64,000 nucleotides of DNA from NCBI GenBank assembly GCA_051530055.1, contig CM121343.1, positions 962,389-1,026,388 on the forward strand. The letters run 5' to 3'. A program made the translations under genes and the position numbers. This document shows, in pieces, positions 20,366 through 31,551 of this stretch (position 1 is the first letter of the stretch; each line of letters begins with the position of its first letter). The DNA is from Neoechinorhynchus agilis. Its lineage: Eukaryota > Animalia > Acanthocephala. The notes beneath the pieces were generated by a model. The model did not search any database, had not been told where the DNA came from, and was given only the letters and a program-made list of their open reading frames with translations.

Positions 20366-23300
20366 CATGGGGGAAACTGTCACAGTGCAAAGTGAAAACG
20401 AGAGCGGGGTATTGGAACATTCAGAGAACTCTAGGCCGCGGTTTAATTTTGAGAGAATAGTGGTGGCGACTCCTAGAGCAGATGACTGCAAAGAGAGACG
20501 CTTGCTCCAGCTTCGTGAGGGCATGGAAACCCTTACGAATCGCTACAGGGATCAAAAGCAGAAATCGAACCTCACCCGGGCAGAGCAGAATGCGCTAGCA
20601 CTGGTAAAAGACCGAGTCAGGAACAAGTCGATTCGCATTCTAATGAGTGACAAGGGAGGTGATTTGGTTTCGGTATCAAACAGTGTAGAGGAGGCCATGA
20701 TGGAGGAAATCCTTCAGGATCGGACAACATATGTGACCGAATAGAAGGACGATTGCGAGTCAAAGCGAAAGAGTCTAAACGGAGTTTTTCGGGAAGTGAT
20801 AGCCGCCAGAGGTTTAAAAGGAATGGGTGGCTTCGTGCATGGACCGTTGAGAGTTCCTGTGATGTACCCAACGGTAAAAACGCACAAAATACCGGTCGGT
20901 ACAATAACATTGACAACGACACTTAAATGCAGACCGATTATTTCGGCAATAAATGGGCCGGCATACCGATTATCCTGTCTCCTAGCGAGAGCTGTTAGCC
21001 CACTACTAAAAACTATGATCTCGCACGTGAGGGTGCGCGGCGTGACGACTTAAATGGAAGCAGGCTTATGCCCTATCGATTTTGTATCACTCTACATGAA
21101 CGTCGATAATGAAGGATCGATGAGAGCACTAGAGAAGCGGTTGAACGAAAGCAAGGAGGACTTAAACCTGTTCAGGATGCGGAGTGCGGCCTCTTTCGAT
21201 TCAAGGACCGACTATACAGGCAAATCCGTGGATTGGCAATGGGAAACAGTCTTGCTCCAGTCTTGGTCATGATTTTCCTCGATGATTTGGAAAGGCAGCA
21301 TATTTTCCCAGACTTTTAACGTCGAGTCAGATCTACCTCCGTTATGTGGATGATGTGTTGTTCGCCTATAAAGAGGATTCTGAGGTCGACGATATGAAGA
21401 GAGAGTTTAATTCTATGGACCCCACCGGCGCAATTAAGGTGACACGAGACAATCCATCGGATCATTTGCCGTTCCTCAATTTACGCGTCAAGACTGATGA
21501 TGCCAAGGATTACAGTTGGTACCGCAAACCGTGCCGGAAGGACATCGTAATGCACCGGGATTCGCATCATCCGTGGGTGATGAAGCAAGGAATATACGCG
21601 GAGATGCACCGGACGGCACTTGTCTGCTCATCATCACCAGAACAAAAACAACTGGCTGTAGAGAAAGTTAATAAGCTCTTCGCTGATAATGGATACACAG
21701 CCAATGAGATCAAGAGGTTCCAACGGCGGTGCAACCGGAGAACCAAAGGATGGAGACGGGACGGAAAGCGCTCATTGGAGCGGGCTGGAGTGAACCCGCC
21801 AATTCTGAACATTCAGTATATCAGCGAGAAGTTCACTAGTGACGTTCGGAAATTACTACGGCAATCGAAAATGGATGTCCGGGTAGTCCACAGAAGCGCA
21901 CCTACGCTCAGACGGATTTTTGACAAGGACTGGCCACCATAAAACGACTGAGTCATGTCCAGCTTCCTGCTTAATGTTCGCCTATGCACCGGGAAGGAGC
22001 TTGAAAAATGGAGGACGCAATTGGATTTGCACTCGAGGCAACGTTGTCTATGAGATAGAGTGCAAGCGATGCCTGAACGATGCTAATCGCAAGGTCGCTT
22101 ATATTGTAAAAACGGAACGGCCGTTACGTTAATGTATCACGAAGCACGTTCGTAGCACGTTAAATCTGGACGCAAAATCGTACATAGCCACACCCTGGAC
22201 AAAGCACCAAGCGGAGCTCCACCGTGATGGGAAAGTGGAGATTATCACCCAGGTCAGGTTTGTGGCACATCAGTGGGTGATGAAGCAAGGAATATACGCG
22301 GAGATGCACCGGACGGCACTTGTCTGCTCATCATCACCAGAACAAAAACAATTGGCTGTAGAGAAAGTTAATAAGCTCTTCGCTGATAATGGATACACAG
22401 CCAATGAGATCAAGAGGTTCCAACGGCGGTGCAACCGGAGAACCAAAGGATGGAGACGGGACGGAAAACGCTCATTGGAGCGGGCTGGAGTGAACCCGCC
22501 AATTCTGAACATTCAGTATATCAGCGAGAAGTTCACTAGTGACGTTCGGAAATTACTACCGCAATCGAAAATGGATGCCCGGGTAGTCCACAGAAGCGCA
22601 CCTACGCTCAGACGGATTTTTGACAAGGACTGGCCACCATAAAACGACTGAGTCATGTCCAGCTTCCTGCTTAATGTTCGCCTATGCACCGGGAAGGAGC
22701 TTGAAAAATGGAGGACGCAATTGGATTTGCACTCGAGGCAACGTTGTCTATGAGATAGAGTGCAAGCGATGCCTGAACGATGCTAATCGCAAGGTCGCTT
22801 ATATTGTAAAAACGGAACGGCCGTTACGTTAATGTATCACGAAGCACGTTCGTAGCACGTTAAATCTGGACGCAAAATCGTACATAGCCACACCCTGGAC
22901 AAAGCACCAAGCGGAGCTCCACCGTGATGGGAAAGTGGAGATTATCACCCAGGTCAGGTTTGTGGCACATCAGTGGGTGATGAAGCAAGGAATATACGCG
23001 GAGATGCACCGGACGGCACTTGTCTGCTCATCATCACCAGAACAAAAACAATTGGCTGTAGAGAAAGTTAATAAGCTCTTCGCTGATAATGGATACACAG
23101 CCAATGAGATCAAGAGGTTCCAACGGCGGTGCAACCGGAGAACCAAAGGATGGAGACGGGACGGAAAACGCTCATTGGAGCGGGCTGGAGTGAACCCGCC
23201 AATTCTGAACATTCAGTATATCAGCGAGAAGTTCACTAGTGACGTTCGGAAATTACTACCGCAATCGAAAATGGATGCCCGGGTAGTCCACAGAAGCGCA

Positions 23301-23870
23301 CCTACGCTCAGACGGATTTTTGACAAGGACTGGCCACCATAAAACGACTGAGTCATGTCCAGCTTCCTGCTTAATGTTCGCCTATGCACCGGGAAGGAGC
23401 TTGAAAAATGGAGGACGCAATTGGATTTGCACTCGTGGCAACGTTGTCTATGAGATAGAGCGCAAGCGATGCCTGAACGATGCTAATCGCAAGGTCGCTT
23501 ATATTGTAAAAACGGAACGGCCCTTACGTCAACGTATCACGTTCGTAGCGCGTTAAATCTGGACGCAAAATCGTACATAGCCACACCCTGGGCAAAGCAC
23601 CACGCGGAGCACCACCGTGATGGAAAAGTGGAGATGACCACCCAGGTCAGGTTTGTGGCCTCAGCAAACGGGACGAGCTATCCACTTCAATGTGACTGTT
23701 ATGAGTCTCACTTCTCCACTTCACCATTGTAGATCCCTGAAGAGGCCGTTAAACGGCGAAAGCTTGGAAAAACAACAGACTAATAAATCAGTGCGCCGAT
23801 TGTCAAACAAAATAAAAGGGGGAAAAGATACCATTATTTTGAAAAATGCTCCAATCCAGTAAATAAGAAA
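20366..23870 (+). mobile_element. Penelope-like element (Neptune-like: Cys-rich linker before GIY-YIG), frameshifted, with 700-bp triplicated 3' part
   Basis: SDKGG, MYPTVKTHK, CRPIIS, DFVSLY, YVDD, LPFL, WYRKP...SHHP, then C.ASCLM(C)AY...CTRGNVVYEIECKRC...Y.KTERPLR; ORFs repeat at 21920/22620/23320. Confidence 0.88.
23727..23775 (+). ncRNA. Minimal type I hammerhead ribozyme (Penelope-associated)
   Basis: CTGAAGA 23737-43, extra G, stem II GCCG/CGGC, GAAA, palindromic AGCT helix III, predicted cleavage after T23765, stem I TCC/GGA plus TTGT/ACAA. Confidence 0.7.
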
Positions 23871-23889
23871 TAAACAAGTAGAGTTCACT

Positions 23890-24555
23890 TTGATAAAGCA
23901 ATGGAATATTTTTCCTAGCAAGCTTATTCAAATCTGGCGAATCTACAAGTTTACCCAGGAGAGGAAGATATTCCGTCAATTGACCGTTCATGACGAAGAT
24001 GAGAAGAGGGTGAGCAGAATAAAAGAGATGATGTCTCAGATGGGGGAAACCCGGAAATTTGAGACGCTTCAGTATAAGGATGCACAGGTAAGGTGTGCCT
24101 TATGTGAATCGAAACGTTTGGCCTGTGAGGGCTGTTCAGACTATGCCTCGGAACACGGCGGGTCAGCTGGTTGGCGCATTGGTCAGCAGATTGTGGACCA
24201 TCGCATGTATCAAAAACACTATCAGGACTTGTACGTGACCTGTGGAGTAAAGGAATGTGGCGAGTGCGCCAAATGGAAGCTCCAAAATGTAGGTTACCGA
24301 TTCGGCTCCTTCCTTATGTCCAGTGATCATACAAAGATATTGAAACAATGTGGTTCTGAAGAAACCCGCAAAAACAGCGATAGGGTTATTTATGAACCGC
24401 AAATGGGCAATAATCAGGGTCAAAGAGCGGATGTTCCAAAGGAGCTCAATAGAAAAGAGATGGAGAATGAGATATATCTGCGTGAAATGGCGGAGAAACA
24501 TGGGATTACATGGGACGAATGCGCAAAGCTCTACCTCTCACTAATAAAGATTTGA
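23890..24555 (+). CDS. Cys/His-rich ORF of unknown function directly downstream of the Penelope pLTR
   Basis: 221-codon open frame with CALC..CEGC, HxxxxxH and CGVKECGEC motifs; no family recognised. Confidence 0.4.
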   Translation: MIKQWNIFPSKLIQIWRIYKFTQERKIFRQLTVHDEDEKRVSRIKEMMSQMGETRKFETLQYKDAQVRCALCESKRLACEGCSDYASEHGGSAGWRIGQQIVDHRMYQKHYQDLYVTCGVKECGECAKWKLQNVGYRFGSFLMSSDHTKILKQCGSEETRKNSDRVIYEPQMGNNQGQRADVPKELNRKEMENEIYLREMAEKHGITWDECAKLYLSLIKI

Positions 24556-25144
24556 TTCCTTATGATGAGGTGGTGATTGAGAGCTTAAGCCTATTGTGCG
24601 CAGGAGACAGTATCGAAGAAATTAGCGCACTCACGGCAGATCTTTGCACTGAAGAATTTAACTGCTACCAGGACAAGGATGCGTTACTAATGCATCGGTT
24701 AAAGCAACCAAGAAGTCGTGTCTAACCAAACTCTCAATCTGGAGATGGAAGAGATATCTAGGGAGGTTTTCATCAGGCATCTATCCAACAAGAAATGAGG
24801 CTTCTTAGAGTACTGTTGAAAGATGGAAGGCAAAACATCCCAAAGGAGCAAATCAGGTGACCAGTATGAGAAACAGCTCCGATTTGTGTTAAAAAGCACA
24901 ATTTTTTCTGCGAACAATGTAAAGATCACACGCAACACGCGGCTGAGACTTCGAGATAAAGTCAGCAAGTGTAAAAATCTAAATAGCTCTTGATCTAGTA
25001 AAGACGTCGAAGTGATAGAACTTTCGAACGAAGGCTTTCATTAACACAAATATGTCTAAAACGGTAAGCAAAAAAACTGTTGAATGGCTGACCTTGGTTT
25101 TTTTATAAATTTCATTGATTTTAGCAATTTACCACTATCGCGGT

Positions 25145-25387
25145 TCACTCTTGGGAGGATAGATATCTAAAGACCTTAAAAACAATCGTCTTGCAGTTCA
25201 AAAACAAAAAATCGTTGCTACCCAACGCTCGAGCGAACAAATTAGGCCAAAGCGGCTCAACATTCACATTTGCACTCTTTAAGACCGAAGAAATACGACC
25301 GGCCGGGATCTTTAAATCTTCATCGACCAGAATTAGACAAGTGCACATACAAGCCTTTTGGTCATGAGATAAATCACTATTAGTCAT
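25145..25387 (-). pseudogene. RPLP1: 60S acidic ribosomal protein P1-like, truncated
   Basis: ACMCTCLILVDEDLKIPAGRISSVLKSANVNVEPLWPNLFARAL matches the P1 N-terminus (ACIYSALILHDDEV....KINALIKAAGVNVEPFWPGLFAKAL); the Ala-rich hinge and acidic DDMGFGLFD tail were not found. Confidence 0.6.
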
Positions 25388-25849
25388 TTAAAGAGGATCA
25401 AAACGATTTCTACTCGATAAATAGTTCATAAAATTTCACGAATCAAAACTAATAATAATGACGATGACAGCCATTAAACGTTTGCAATTCAAAACTCTCA
25501 ATATTATAGACGAATGTAGAACTTTGACTTTAGCAGAGAAACACCTTTAAAGGGTATTACTAAATCTTTCCAACGTTCGGCTAAATATAAATTCGAATGA
25601 CATTTTTAACCGTGGAGAAAGTTTACCACTTCACCCAATATATGGGAGCTGAGAGAAATGGCACTAGATAGAGCGATCAAAATTGAAATTTCAAAGTTTC
25701 CTAGGGACCCGGAAATTTCCGATGAGTTGCTTACGGTTTTCCACAAGTTTACAAAAAGCCAGGATGATTATGAGCCTATAGTGAAGAGACTGAGGAAGAA
25801 TTAGAGAGTGCAATGATTGGTTAAAAAGGAATAAAAACAGTTTGATAGC

Positions 25850-26290
25850 TAGTCCATCTTCATCAAAAACAATCCCACGTATGTGTGATATCCCGAATTT
25901 CAAATCCCAATTCATTTTATCCTTCCAACAACTCTGCTTCTTGCTCCATACTGGGCAATCTTCTTGGATATCATGACTCGAAATGAACACGAGGAAAGAC
26001 CGAAGCTGACGACTTGCAGCTCATTCCGAATTACAATCTCAATCAAACAGCACGAATCCAAAGATACATGGTTCCCGTGTTTGTTTGTGTGTGGAATAAT
26101 AAAACGTGTTATATATAAACCACCGATCCCCGTCCGAACAAACCTTCGAACCCGACCGAAACCGTAATCCACTCCAAAATCAACTTCCGCATTCATGGAA
26201 CAAATCTAAATCCGAGTTTTTATGAGCACCCAAAGATACATGGGTCATTTTCTTTGTTAACTAACAAATAAACGTGCTAATATAAGTCTT
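25850..26290 (+). mobile_element. Decayed 3' end of the L2/Crack-type LINE family
   Basis: Similar to 30400-30790 and to the reverse complement of 17880-18350; 3' stem-loop ACCCA-AAGATACA-TGGGT at 26228-26245, then AATAAA. Confidence 0.55.
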
Positions 26291-28150
26291 CTTGGAATCT
26301 AAGTCCAACGAGTTTCTAATTAGTCTCCATTGAGTCTATATGAATATTCAATCGAATCAAAAGTGAAGCGGAAAGACTTTCTGACAAACTGATTGAATCA
26401 GCCAGAGTCAAGGACATTTTGAGAAAGATAAAGAAATGAGATACGAGAATGATTGTAATTAGGAAAGTCAATAATCAACTTCATTATTCAAAAAGGTTCA
26501 TAGCGATCAAAAAAGAAATGCTTCTGGAATTAAAATTGGAAAATAAATGGTCTGGATTCACGGGAAATCAAAATCTCGGAGACACTTACCAATCATATCC
26601 GTGTTCGCATGTTGTCCTAAAGTTTTCAATCTATGACTTACGGTTCAAACTTAACTCACAAACGCAAAGGACCACACTGAAATACCGCTCAATCATTAAA
26701 CCAAAGCGCACAGAGCAGTTCAGGGACAACGCATTTGATTCGCAGCTGACGCTGTAACGTCGACGGAATTTTTGCACATTACGACACGAAAGAAACCATA
26801 TCGACAATGACGTCATTGTCGCGTTTTCCTACGCGCAGTAGACCGAATCTGGTCTGATAACCGAAATTGAGTAATTTCATCGATTTTAAGGACGAATTCA
26901 GTGCTAATAAAATCATATTTTTATAAAACTTTGGATGATGGATTTTTTTCTCTCTATTGGTTTATACTGAACAGAAATCGGCTACTTCACCATCTCTCTT
27001 CTGAAGAAAAATAACGTCGTCCAAGTTCTCAATTTTAATGATTCCGCCTAGAATTGTCTTGAAGAACTCGCGGATACGATAGTCTTTGATTTAATACCTT
27101 GCAACGAAGTAGCTAAGCCGCTTTTGCGCTCGGAAATTCCAAAGACCAATTATCACGGGTATCTTTAAACTAAAGCCACGGTTACCGACTAATTCGGACG
27201 TGGCATACCGCATTCCAGGCGAAGACCGCGAGGTGGCCTTCGTAGATGAAACAATGCGCTGTTCAAAGAAACCCGTCTCCTTATTAAGACGTGGCGATAC
27301 ACAACTTCAAAGACTCCATCGGGTTCCATAAGACCAAAGGTTTCTGCAAGGAACCAAGAAAATTCCATCGACTTATAAAAAAAGAGTCGATATTTATATT
27401 GAATTTGTCAATACGATGGAACAGGGAACAAAGCAAAAGTTTCCAAACAATTACCGGTGGTTGGTTCAAATACTCACGAAGGTGGTGATCCCGAGTTAAA
27501 ACGAAAATAATCGGTCGTGCGATTGTGACCTCACGTGCTTATTTTTTAGATAAAATCGATAAAATTACTCTGATTCAATCAGTCGAAACATTTATACGTC
27601 TTTAAGGACCGAATGCAATCTTCAATACCATTAATTGTTGTCCGTCGAAAAGTGCACCAGAGCGAATCTGCCGAAAATTCACGGAAGTGCCACAAATTAA
27701 ACTATCTTGGCGATTCGAAAACCTCCGTCGCTCTGTTTTCGAACACAATTCAGTAAGCAACTTTTTAATCTCTTTATCTGGATAGCCTCGCAATCCAACG
27801 AGGAAATGCGGTCAGCGTCCGGGGGACTATTTAATCATTTTAAAATAATTTGTAAAACTTTAAAAAAAATAATATTGAATAAACTGATAATCGGGCGATA
27901 TAGGAAACGTTCAATGAGCGACATAAACATTCTGGTCTAAAACTAACATCAAGAAATCTGATAACGAGTGCTTCTCAAATTTTAAAGGGGCGATGGTTTG
28001 TGATTTCTGATTCGCCTATTTTTGAGCAGTTTTCTTACACCATTGGGGTTTGATCCCGGGTCCTTTTTTTCACATTTAAAACAGCGCTTATTTACATGGC
28101 AGTCATTTTGCATGTTAGTATTCGCAGATTTTGTTTTGGCACCTAAGGAA

Positions 28151-29424
28151 ATGCTGAGTGCAAGAGTTGTTTCTTCATGTCGCGTGAGTGTTGGTGTTCA
28201 ACGTGCGGGAAGTTTATTTTCTTAATTTAGTCATTGAGTGGTTTGTTCACCACGCGGGTTCCGGTTGTTAGCTCGACGAGGCAATATCGTTCTGGATTGC
28301 CATATAACACGGTGATTGAATTCGTTCCTCAGCAGGAGGCGTGGATAATAGAGAGGATGGGTCGATTTTACTGTATTCTTCAACCGGTAATTGATTAGGC
28401 GAAGGTAAACAACATCTATAATGTTTTCCGTTGTTGATAGGGTCTAAATTGGCTGGTACCTGTGATTGACAAGGTCAAATATGTTCAAAGCCTCAAGGAA
28501 ATCGCGATTGAAGTTCCCCAACAAAGCGCCATAACGAAAGGTTTGTTTTCTGGATCATTTCGTTGAATTTATCGTGCTTGCAGACAACGTGACTCTTCAC
28601 TTGGACGGTGTATTGTACCTGAAAGTGGTAGATCCATACAAAGCGAGCTATGGGGTCGAAGATCCGGAGTTCGCCGTCACTCAATTAGCCCAGACAACCA
28701 TGAGATCGGAAATCGGTAAGATTAGTTTGGATAATGTTTTTAGAGAACGCGATAGTCTTAATATTGCGATTGTTGGTAGGTTTCTTGTTCTGTCGAAAAT
28801 AAGGTTTTTATCCGGGTTTTTCTAGAGGCGATCAATAAGGCTGCGATGGCTTGGGGAATATCGTGTATGCGGTATGAGATCCGCGATATCAAACTGCCAC
28901 CGCGAGTCCACGAGGCAATGATAATGCAGGTCGAGGCTGAACGAAAAAAGCGAGCCGCTATTCTCGAATCCGAGGGAACCAGAGAAAGTGCCATCAACAC
29001 TGCTGAAGGGAAAAAAATTGCCACCATACTTAACAGTGAAGCTATAAAACTTGACCAAATCAATAAGGCTAACGGCGAAGCTGAGGCCATTATTGCGAAA
29101 GCAAAGGCTACAAGTGAAGCACTGAAAAGGATCTCGGACGCTCTTAGTGGAACGAATGGTTCAGGGGCGGCATCACTCTCAGTTGCAGAACAATACGTCA
29201 AAGCTTTTGGTCAGTTCGCCAAGAATACAAACACTCTCATTTTGCCGGCTGGTACTGGGGACATTTCTTCAATGGTTACTCAGGCAATGAGCGTTTTCAA
29301 AATTGTTGAAAAAAGTGCCGCGACACAGATTCAATCCACAGAATACAGCCCAGATCAAGAGAAATCGGAAAAGGCCTCTCATACAAGTGATAATCCAAAT
29401 GAAACGCCCAAACAAAATGAATAA
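28151..29424 (+). CDS. STOML2: Stomatin-like protein 2 (SPFH/Band 7), 5 exons
   Basis: Spliced product: LPYNTVIEFVPQQEAWIIERMGRF..ILQP|GLNWLVPVIDKVKYVQSLKEIAIEVPQQSAITK|DNVTLHLDGVLYLKVVDPYKASYGVEDPEFAVTQLAQTTMRSEIG...|EAINKAAMAWGISCMRYEIRDI...QVEAERKKRAAILESEG; four ~47-54 nt GT-AG introns. Confidence 0.95.
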
Positions 29425-29989
29425 ATTCAAGTGCGATTTTAATCAGTGAGGTAGGATAACATCAACTGTTTGTTTCTGGTGGAAGATTAAAGGAATTTAT
29501 TGAATTCGATTGGTTTCGGAGCCACAGTGTGTATTTTTCGTCGATAAACGCGTCCAAGATTATGGTTCTGAAAACAATCGAATTCAATAAATTCTTTTAA
29601 TTTTTTCGCCAGAAACAAACAGTTGAAAATATAAAATCCAAAAATCTCAGCCATGTTTTCAAATTTATTCCCAACTCAAAATGTAATTGGAAAACATCAA
29701 TTTTTGCCACTTTAACAATATGTTTTTGTCTATTAGATATCGGCATACGCCCTCCCGCTTTCAATTTCTCATTTGAGATCAGGTTTAAGCTCAGCAACTG
29801 GAGACTAAAAGGGTTAATTTTTCTCAAGCGCGATTGGGTGCATGTTTAACAAAATTATATTGAGCCCTTCATCCCTTCATGACGTAATAATTGAAGAAAT
29901 CTACATCCAATCTCGTAGCTGTCCGTCTTTATTTTTCGTTCATATTTACATAAAATCAGATTAATTTACAATGACTGACGAGGCCTCCT

Positions 29990-30790
29990 CTTTTAAAATA
30001 TCTGGATAAAATATTTCGCGCTCCGGGACACCGAGAAGCATATTTCTCCTTCGTTTTATCTTCCGTCACATATCCCAATGGAAGATCATATATCCTTTGT
30101 CAACTTCCGATAGAGAAGTAGCGAGGAATATCAAACCCAGGATCCAATCTCACAGAATCTTAGCGTATTTAAGGCGAGCACAACCTGCGCTAAGCAAACT
30201 CGTTCTTTTATTGATCAATATATCATGATAATCTATCAAGCGCATTTATTTTACCCTCCCTTCCGTCGTCTTGGAATTTTTCGTAAAAGAGCATCTAAAA
30301 TTTGCATAGCTGACTTTAGCCCTCTCACCGAATGCCTTGATGATATTTTCATAAAACGAACAAAACAAAATTTCTTCCACACATCGCTCCTTTTTAACAC
30401 GAGCACAACACTCGTGATCCTAAATCGTTTCATCCTCCCTTGACCTCGCACCTCCCTGATACCTACGCTCCTTTTTCCATGCTGCCCAATCTTCTCGAAT
30501 ATCATAACCTGAAATGATTGGGAGGAAAGACCAACCTTACAAGCGCTTCTGCAAACAATATCCGCCAATTACCACCAGAACTGACCTTCCAACCCAACCG
30601 GATATTGCCACCCGCCCGGACTCGTAATTCACTCCAAATCAATAGCCAGTTTCATTTATCCAATCAGAACTCGAGTGTTTATGAGGACCCAAAGGTACAT
30701 GGGCCCTCTTCTTTGCGAATCAACAATAATAAAATGTGTTATTATTATACAAACCCAAACAAAACATCGCAGGTTTTTCTATCAAAAGTG
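29990..30790 (+). mobile_element. Decayed 3' end of the L2/Crack-type LINE family
   Basis: Fragments GIFRKRASKI and NTRDPKSFHPPL parallel ETFHKRAERI and NTRNPNLFHPSL of the 18314-18670 ORF; stem-loop GGACCCA-AAGGTACA-TGGGCCC at 30685-30706. Confidence 0.6.
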
Positions 30791-31551
30791 GCCGCAAATT
30801 ACAAATATTAAATCATTGAAGTTGAGGATATTCAGAGGGATTGCTGACAGTCCGGCACAATGAATAAGAAAGCTTTTATTTAAGGACTGAGTTTAATTTT
30901 TTATTGTTTTTGATCGTTGGCATTCTTTTATGACCTTTAGGAAGCATTTTACCTTCTTGAAATTGATGGGCTCTTTTCCGGATTAAGCCGCGAAGCACTT
31001 AGTTACCGAATAATGCTAGTATGGGTTTTGTTCACTAGAACCACAAGAACAATCGGTAAAATTATTTGCTAAAACGATAAGAATATTTTACATTTAAGTC
31101 GACTCGTGATAAATCTAATATTTGTATAGGTTTAGATGTTTTCGAAAAAAATTACCTTGTTTATGGTCTAAATAAGGATCCCAGCTAAAATATGCAATCT
31201 GAAATCTCACGTCCCGCTGTCATGGACGTAGAACGATTGTGGAATCTCAGTTGGGTCAGTTATATTACTACAATCTATGATTTTCTGGATTCGATGCTAT
31301 AGGATTGAACCCTAGTTAAAATCCCCCTAACAAAAGAGATCCGGTCTTTAGCTATGATTTTATACATCCCAAAGTTTAGAGTTCTATTGTGGATATTTTG
31401 GATTCAATCGAAGGGCAATAGGTTGTTAAACGTGTTTTGTCCTTCTATGAAAAGCTGGCAGATTTCTTCTTACCGCATGAGGAACGGAGTTCACGCCAGA
31501 GTTTATTCTTAAGTCGTGATTAGCTCAAAAAATAGAATGTACATCCAAAGT

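Noticed and set aside
29961-29990. Partial hammerhead-like strings here (acaatgaCTGACGAggcc) and at 61390-61420 (minus), 46621-46650 (minus) and 5661-5690
   Set aside because: Each lacks either the GAAA, the CUGANGA or a valid UH plus stem I; at most decayed relics.
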